64,000 bases of DNA, from assembly GCF_009914755.1 (NCBI RefSeq), contig NC_060932.1, one strand, 5' to 3'. Positions 55,968 through 64,000 of this stretch are shown piece by piece; position 1 is the stretch's first letter; the number at the start of each line of letters is the position of its first letter. The position numbers were made by a program, and so were the translations under genes. Source of the DNA: the human T2T-CHM13v2.0 reference genome, Homo sapiens. Below the pieces are notes generated by a model. It did not search any database and was not told where the DNA came from. It saw nothing but the letters and a program-made list of their open reading frames with translations.

Positions 55968-56380
55968 CATTAGTCAGGTATATTAAGGTTCTCCAGAGAA
56001 ACAGGGCCAATAGAAAATCTATCTATGCACCTATCATCTGTCTATCTCAAGATATTTATTATGAGAAATTGGCCTAAGAAATAGCAGAACAGATGGTGTT
56101 AGCCTTAGGCTAAGAATGGGAGAAGACAGATGTCTGGGAATAAGCAATTAGGCAGGGGGAGCAAATTCTCCCTTCCTCCACTTTTTGTTCTACTTGGGCC
56201 CTCGGTTGATGGGATGATGCTCCCCTACATTGGTGAAGACAGCTTTTTTTTACTCAGTCTACTGATTCAAATGTTAACCTCTTCCAGAAACATCCTCGCA
56301 GACACACCCAGAAATATATTTTATCAGCTCTCCAAGCATCCTTCAGCCCAGTCAAGTTGACACAGACATTTAACCATCCC
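55968..56380 (-). mobile_element. MLT2 (ERVL) LTR
   Basis: ggttctccagagaaacag...ctcagtctactgattcaaatgttaacctcttccagaaacatcctc...agcccagtcaagttgacac. Confidence 0.85.
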
Positions 56381-56429
56381 AGGGGGATTTGGGATATAGG
56401 CCCTATCACGTCTTCCCTGGAACTCATGG

Positions 56430-56585
56430 CAGTAGAGGACTGCTGTGGTACAACACGAGACCTGGGTTCGAATCTGCTCACTCTCCTTCTAGCTGTGCCA
56501 CCATGGACAAACCACTTACCCTCTCTGAGCACACTGCTCATCATCAGGAAAACAGGAATAACAGTAACCTGTCTTTCAGAGGCTG
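56430..56585 (+). mobile_element. MIR SINE
   Basis: gacctgggttcgaatc...ctagctgtgccaccatggacaaaccacttaccctctctgagc. Confidence 0.75.
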
Positions 56586-59221
56586 CCCTTCACTATCCAA
56601 TTTAAAACTTTAACAGCCCTTAACATTTGCTGTCTTTCTCCACATTATTTTCTCATTAGTATTTATCATTGTTTTGCATTTTTATTTTTGTAATGATTTT
56701 CTAAAGTAGAATATAAGCTATAGGATAACAAGGTAGATGCAGTCTCTACCCTCAGAACCTATATTCCTTCAAGGAAGATGTATAACTAAACTGGTAATGA
56801 CAGGAACGTACACTGGTATGACAGAAGCTCATGGTGCTCTGGGAATCCAGAAAAAGGGCCACTGGTCCAGGCTTGTTTACAGAGCTAATGAAGAATCTTA
56901 GGATATTTACCATTATTCACTGTCCCTTAGATGATATAGTCTCTTTATGCTAAAGGGATAGTAGAGTCAGAGGTCCCCAGGATCTGATCTGAGCTGGTTA
57001 TGATTGACTACTCATAACCAGTGTCAGAGAAATGTTCATACTGCCAGGATCCATTCAGATATATGGAAACAGATGTTGCCTAAGGACATGATGTGAGGTT
57101 CAGAGAAGTGAATCATTTTGCACGTGGCCAACAGACAATTGTGTGCTATAAATTACAGTCATTGTGACCAGATTCAAGGGTTTTACTCCAGCAATTTTGT
57201 TCATCTTTTGTCACAGGGTAACATGAGAAAAGAAATCACAAATATAGATGGCATCAAAATATTCTCAAGAAACTAGTGGACTGCACAGCATAGGTCAGAA
57301 TAGAAAGTTCATCTCAAAGAAGCATATTGTGGCTTTTCTGAAAATGGATTGCACACACCCCTTCTGCAAAACACGTATCAGAATATACCTTTGACGCTTG
57401 TATTTCTGGGACCTTATCTCTTTCAGGGCATTCACTGCATCTTTGCAGCTCCCCTATCTCTATTTTACATAGCTCATACCTCCCTTGATTTTCTAGAATT
57501 CAGGCAGGTTATTCATTTCGGAAGATCACAGATATTTTTTAAAAAAGTATATACCACGAATATTGGAGTTTCTATAGGAGAGTCATAAAATAAAATAAAT
57601 ATGGGGATAGGATCCATATATTTATTTTGAAACAAATAGCTAGGAAATTGAGGAATTAGGAAGTATTTATGCCAATGACTGGCCTTAAGACTATGCTGCC
57701 TTAAGATAACAGTAAGTCCATTGCTAGTAGTAAGTGAGAGAAGAAGGTTAATGCTGTGCAAATATTAAAACATTGTAACACTAAGATTCTCTGTCTTCAA
57801 TATGTGTTAATTACTAGAATAGGCCTTTCGGGGAAATTAGTGTTTGGCTGGTACCCAACAGCATGGCAATTTTTTAGCTACTTATCTGCTGAGCAGGCGT
57901 CCTTCCTGCCATTTTCTCCCCATATATTCAACCTCTTCCCAACTCTGAATGGTGTCCAATATGGGATGCTTTGCCTAAAATGTAGTGACTAAGTCTTGAT
58001 AATTATGAAAATGTGTCAATTATTAAAATGCTGTTAAAACATGCAAATAGGATCATATGCTAAAGAGAGGGGAAAAGGAATAATTACCCCAATTACAGGT
58101 TATGAGGGAGTTAGATGAGGAATTTCTGAACAGAGAACAGTTTCCACCACTTACAAGAAACAATCTCTCTATTATTGCAATGTCTCCTTACCCTTTACAG
58201 GACACTAGGGCTCATGGATACCTGTTCCTGAGAAGCGCAAGGGAAACTCACGCCAATGCTGTTATATTGGAAGTCCCTTTGAGATCCTTAGCACAAATCT
58301 GTAAGGGCCTCAGATTAAACCTGCTTGTTTCTAGTGTGTATCTGTTGAATGGTTCATGAAATGCTGCAGTTAAGGTGCTGGTCTATCTGAGGGGGGCCAC
58401 ACCTTCTGCAGACCCCCAGTGATGAAACCTACCCATGTGCAACCAGGGTGAACGTAGCTGCCATAGTTCCCTTGAAGTCTGCCACTGCTGTGATCGTCAT
58501 GATGTGTTGCCACTGCAGTTTCACTGAAAGCCACCCCACCACTCCCATGGTGGTTATTCCACAATGTCCTACTATCAACACACCTTCATGTTTTATCCCT
58601 CAAATGTAATATTTGATTGGTTAACTTGCACTCAATTGAAAAATTTGATATTATATTGCCTTTTCAACATTATTATAGGAAAAGGTGTCAATGTAAGGAA
58701 GGAGCAGGATGTCTTCCACCCATGGGTGGATAGAAGGATGTTGGTAAGCCTCTGTTTGGATCTAGAGAGAAGAGTGTGAGTCCTGTGGGGCTCTCAGTTA
58801 CCATGTGAGAAATTCATTTCTTAATTTGTGTAATACTAGCTCAGGAAGAATAATGTAAAAGAATAACACGTCTGAGCTTCTGGTCACCTTTTCATATTCA
58901 CCATGCTTATAGGCTTATTTTGGTCATAGTAGAAGGCAGTAAAACCCTTGAGGAAATAGACAAGCAAACAACAACAACAAAAAACAATAACAACAACAAA
59001 AAAATGCATTTTTTTTCTAAGAAGAGAGAAGGGGAATCACTAACAATACTGAATTTCTTAGGTAATTTTGGCAGCTAATGGAGACAGTTATTGAGGAAGG
59101 CTGAATGCACTCTGAGTCTGGAATGTGGAAGTGTGGACAATTCTGCAGAGCAGGCCTACAGTGGAGGAGCACAGGAAAATATTCAACACAGGAAAAAATT
59201 GTGGACCACCTACTTAAGGAG

Positions 59222-59506
59222 GAATTCCAAAGACTTGCTGTACAACATAGTACCTATAGTCAATAATATAGTATTGTGTGCTTTAAAATATGTTAAGAAA
59301 ATAGGTCTCATGTAAAGTGTTCTTACCAAAAAACAAACAAACAAACAAACAAAAACCACAAGGAAATTTGTGGAGGTGAGAGACATTTAGTACCTTGATT
59401 GTGGTGATGGTGTCATGAGCTCATCCATCTGTCGAATTTCATCAAACTGTGCGCATTAAATATGTACAATTTTGTGTATCAAGTATTTTTCAATACAGCT
59501 AAAAAT
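59222..59506 (+). mobile_element. L1MB-like 3' end
   Basis: gctgtacaacatagtacctatagtcaataatatagtattg...accttgattgtggtgatggt...attaaatatgtacaatttt. Confidence 0.85.
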
Positions 59507-60875
59507 ATGTACTTTATTTATAAAAAACATACGTTTTTTTTAGTACAGAACATTGAATAGTTTTAACAAAGAAGGCATCTATGGCTGGACAAGAGGAAGT
59601 TCTCAACCCTCCCTAAGCCATTGATTATCCACACACTGTGACCTCTTCTCTCCGGGGTTATGTTCTCATTTATTTAATATGAGGGAAGGAAGGTCATTCT
59701 CTCAAACTCGTGTAGATTTTCACAACAGCTTAGTGATTTATGTTATACAAATATAATCTTTTAACCATCAATTATGATATATATTTTTCTTAATGGGCAA
59801 TCTGAACATAATGATAGCATTGTTTTGTATTAAAGGTTAAAATAATAAATGTAAAATTCTTAGCAGAGTGCCTGAGGCAAATAAATACTTTTTACTATTA
59901 ATACTATTATTATTTATTCTTATCATTATTTTTATTTCTATTAAGCCAGCAAATATGGTGAAATCTTCCAGATGCCCTTGCTGAAGGACTCCAGATGTCA
60001 AAGAGAAGTGGCCATTTGTTAGACAGCTGTTCAGTTAACCTGTCTGTCTTGGTTAAAAACACCTGCACATACTGTCCCCAGTTCAATCTGAGCCCATGGC
60101 AGTGACAAAGTCTGTGGGATTTGGGTTGCCTCATGGGTGGTGAACCATATTGTTGGATAGATCACTCTCTGAAAAGCCAGCTATCCTTCATGTTTGAAAC
60201 GATTAAACATGAAAGCTCATTACAACAATAATGGCTGTTTTGATATTTCCAACTAGCTCTAGTGAGGTGGCCACTGGAGAGTCCTCAATGAGGTGTAAAG
60301 CATTGGCTATGCAGTGGGTGTGAAGCCCAACTGGCCCATTTGTTTTCACAAATCTTACCTTCTGGGGATAATGTTAAGTACACGGATGACTTGGCACATA
60401 GTGGCCTAATTCAAAGTCAACCACCCATGTTCTTTCTACTACAAACTACTGAGGAGTCAGGTTCTTTTGATTCTTAGCACCTCTTACACTAAAAAGCACC
60501 ATATAATGGTCATTTGGATGCTATTATTATTATTGATGTAACTCTGTGCAATTTACAACACTCTTCCAAACTGATTTTTTTCCTCTAGTCCTTAAAATTA
60601 TCCTGTAAGAACAGAGAAGTTTATTATTAGTCACTTTAAACTGCAGCTTATTATTAGCCACTATTATTTATAGCCACTATTATTTAAAGATTTGAAATTT
60701 AATTCACATTTAAACAAGTAGTAAGAGGTATGTGGCAGACACATTCATGCCTATGCTGGCTGCTATGCAGAGCCCAAGGGAAAAGAGAAGATGTGAATTC
60801 CCTTCAGGAGTTTATATTCCAGGATTGGAATGAGATTTGTTCACTCACTTTTTATGTGTCTCTTTACTCAGTAGA

Positions 60876-61242
60876 TGATATGGTTTGGCTGTGTCCCCTC
60901 CCAAATCTCATCTTGAATTGTACTCCCATAATTCCAACATTTTGTGAGAGGAGCCTGGTAGGAGGTAATTGAATCATGGGGGCGATCTTTCCCATGCTGT
61001 TCTTGTGAGAGTGAATAAGTCTCACGAGATCTGGTGGTTTGCAAAACGGTAGTTTTCTTGCACAAGCTCTCTCTTTGCTTGCCATCATCCATGTAAGACA
61101 TGACTTGCTCCTCTTTGCCTTCTGCCATGATTGTGAGGCCTCCTTAGCCATGTGGAACTGTAGGGCCAATAAACCTCTTTTCTTCATAAATTGCCCAGTC
61201 TCAGGTATGTGTTTATCAACAGCATGTAAACGTACTAATACA
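60876..61242 (+). mobile_element. THE1 (B-like) solo LTR
   Basis: tgatatggtttggctgtgtcccc...cttgcacaagctctctc...actaataCA; perfect TSD gtaga. Confidence 0.95.
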
Positions 61243-61755
61243 GTAGACTTACTTTGTGCAAAGTCTTTCAACTTAAGTGTATGCAGATGAAGGTTTTGGT
61301 ACCATTCTTTGTGTAGCTGACGGTCAAGGAGAGGGTAGATGTCTATTGGAGAGGAGAGGGCCAGCAGCATGAAAATCGTTCATGGAAATTGTGCATCGTG
61401 GATATCAGGCATGAGACAATCACAGGCCAAAGCCAGTTGGCCACACTGTGTGACATATGATCTATGAATATGCGACTCTGACAGAATTCAATGGACATAT
61501 AATCTAGGCTACCTGAGACAATCTCAATCTCCATTCAGTGTTCTACACCACTGTTTAGAGCTGAATGAGATGTTTCTTTCTAAGTTCTGATTCAGAGTAT
61601 ACCATGATATATTGCCAACCCAGAGAAGATTAGGAGGAAGTATACAAATGCTGACAAAGTAAAAAAGTCATTTGAGAGAGTAACTCTTTAGTGAATGAAT
61701 AATGGCATTGTAATTATTGAAGGGAAACTGTGATGTCTCTAAGCTCCCTTGCTTA

Positions 61756-61770
61756 TTCTTCCTTTCTTTC

Positions 61771-61844
<74 letters not shown>

Positions 61845-61883
61845 CTTTCCTTCTTTCTTTCCTTCCTTCCTTCCTTCCTTCCT

Positions 61884-61936
<53 letters not shown>

Positions 61937-61954
61937 TTTCTTTCTTTTCTCTTT
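61756..61954. repeat. About 200-bp polypyrimidine (CTTT)n/(CCTT)n microsatellite
   Basis: Uninterrupted CTTT run at about 61771-61842. Confidence 0.97.
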
Positions 61955-62519
61955 TGCTGCCTTAAATGGCCAAAATAAAAGAGTCAGCCAAGAGAAATCA
62001 CCCAAGTTTGGCCTTGGTAATCATGTGCAGAAAGACAAAAATTTCTATATTCCTTCTTGAAATGTTCATTCCCCTTTATCTCAGAAAGACGTAAAAAAGG
62101 TCTCAATTCATAGCAAACACCTTTGGGCTTCCCATCATTCAGAACCTTAGGTTCTTATACATAGAGCTTCAAAGCTAAGGTAACTTAAGTCAGTCTCAAC
62201 CACTACTATTCTTTGGGGAGGACAGGATGGGTGATAGGAACATACATGCTCATCATTGAGATCATGCTACTTATTTCATAGTAAGGACACTGAGCCTTAG
62301 AATTCGGAAGTAAATGTCCAAAGCACATAAGAGTTTGTACTAGGAATGTGATTAGAATACTTTTCACCAAGTTCAGAAACTCTTCTAAAATTCCACTAGA
62401 GAAAGAAACAGGATAATATTTAATAGCATGATCAATGGTTCCCGGAAACTCACTGGCACAGGTAGAAATAATCAGTTTCCTGTCTCCCAGTCCACTCAAA
62501 TTTCCCTTGACCACATTAA

Positions 62520-63120
62520 ATCACTGACCAGGCTTATGGAAAACTGGACTGCAGTCTGCAAGGGCAGTTGGATAAGATGAGGTAGGAAATAAGTAACATG
62601 AAGAAATGTAGAAGAAACTGAGGCTGCTTAACCTGGGAAGAAAAAACCCTAGGTATGGGTCCATAATCACTTATCTTCAGATATGCTGAAGATACTTTAG
62701 TGTGTGAGTTTCAAAATTAATCCAGCTAGTGTTTATGATCATATACTGTGGAGCTTAACTGGTTGAGTTTGAATACCAACTCTTTCTCTTACTTAATTTT
62801 TCTGAGCCTAGTTTCCCAGTTGTCATGGAGATGTTTGTAGTATCAATCTTAGAATCTTGATGTGAGAATTGGATAAATGTTTACATTTAAAATATCTAGC
62901 ACAGGGCCTGGTAAATAGAAACCACTCTGTGTATAACATATCACTATGAATATTCCTTCAAGATACAGGGCCTGGTCCAAAGTGGAAAAGTTAACAGGAA
63001 ACTGAACTCAGTCCCAAGTCAGAGCATTAGGAGTCAGAATTGTCAGCAAATAGAAGAGGTTGATCTAGAGGGATGGAATTCCCTGATATTGAAAGTGTGC
63101 AAACAGAGGAACCCACTTAG
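62520..63120 (+). mobile_element. Probable L3/CR1 fragments split by a MIR (about 62730-62940)
   Basis: aagaaactgaggctgcttaacctgggaagaa...tcttcagatat; aattccctgatattgaaagtgtgcaaacagagg. Confidence 0.45.
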
Positions 63121-63181
63121 CATTCAATGACATCAATAACAAGGAAATTAAAATGAATCTGGCATTCTTTTTGAGATCTAA

Positions 63182-63565
<384 letters not shown>

Positions 63566-64000
63566 TTAATGACCATTGGTCAAAGTAATATTCCTGGTTG
63601 AAATTTTCAGCCTTACATTATCAATGATAGGCTGACTGTAGAATATGTTGTCTAGGTAAGAATGATTTTCAGAGGAAAATGCTGATGGTATTAATAATTA
63701 TGCTGGAACTTTGCTGGGTAAACTAGACCCTGTAATAACCTTGGTTTCTGACTATTTATGTATAACTGGATTGCATTTATGTAAGCAAAAAGTATATGTA
63801 TTTATGTTATATAAGAAACCAGTATAAGACAAATTCCATCTTGAACCCATCATGAGGAATGGCATCAAGACCAATTTTATTTTAAGATGTGAAGCTGTGG
63901 GACTGAATTTAGATTTTAAAAATATAATATGAATATTTCAAGAATGGTGTCATTTGGAACTGCACTGTCTACTCTTAACTCTGTTGTTAAGAATCCATTT

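Noticed and set aside
60655-60686. Perfect 16-bp tandem duplication tagccactattattta
   Set aside because: Ordinary slippage duplication; similar short ones occur near 21634 and 40867
60864-61370. 168-aa ORF, the longest in the track
   Set aside because: Mostly antisense THE1 LTR, with a non-ATG start and no recognisable domain
61717-62060. Overlapping low-complexity ORFs
   Set aside because: Translations of the CTTT microsatellite

Overview
This window is primate, most likely human, non-coding DNA: AT-rich, strongly CpG-depleted and without a CpG island. A near-consensus AluYa5 supports a human origin. I find no protein-coding exon, RNA gene, CRISPR array or prokaryotic feature, and the supplied ORFs trace to repeats, microsatellites or chance. 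Much of the window is interspersed repeats: 8 Alus, L1MA/MB/MC/ME pieces, many L2 and MIR copies, MaLR solo LTRs (THE1 x3, MST, MLT1), MLT2, MER21, an LTR41-like element, an LTR16/ERVL proviral remnant and MER53. It is probably intergenic or part of a large intron. Subfamily names come from my recollection of consensus sequences, and most boundaries are approximate unless fixed by a target-site duplication (TSD). I do not see a new biological system. The most unusual signals are rearrangement or repair scars: (1) an L1MA whose interior is replaced by an antisense, LTR-less THE1/MST internal segment, with apparent junction microhomology; (2) a cluster at 50.6-50.9 kb with a 30-bp templated copy of sequence 2.6 kb away, a fold-back, and a 24-bp-stem inverted duplication; (3) a perfect 31-bp palindrome; (4) a young, possibly polymorphic AluYa5 that creates inverted Alu pairs.
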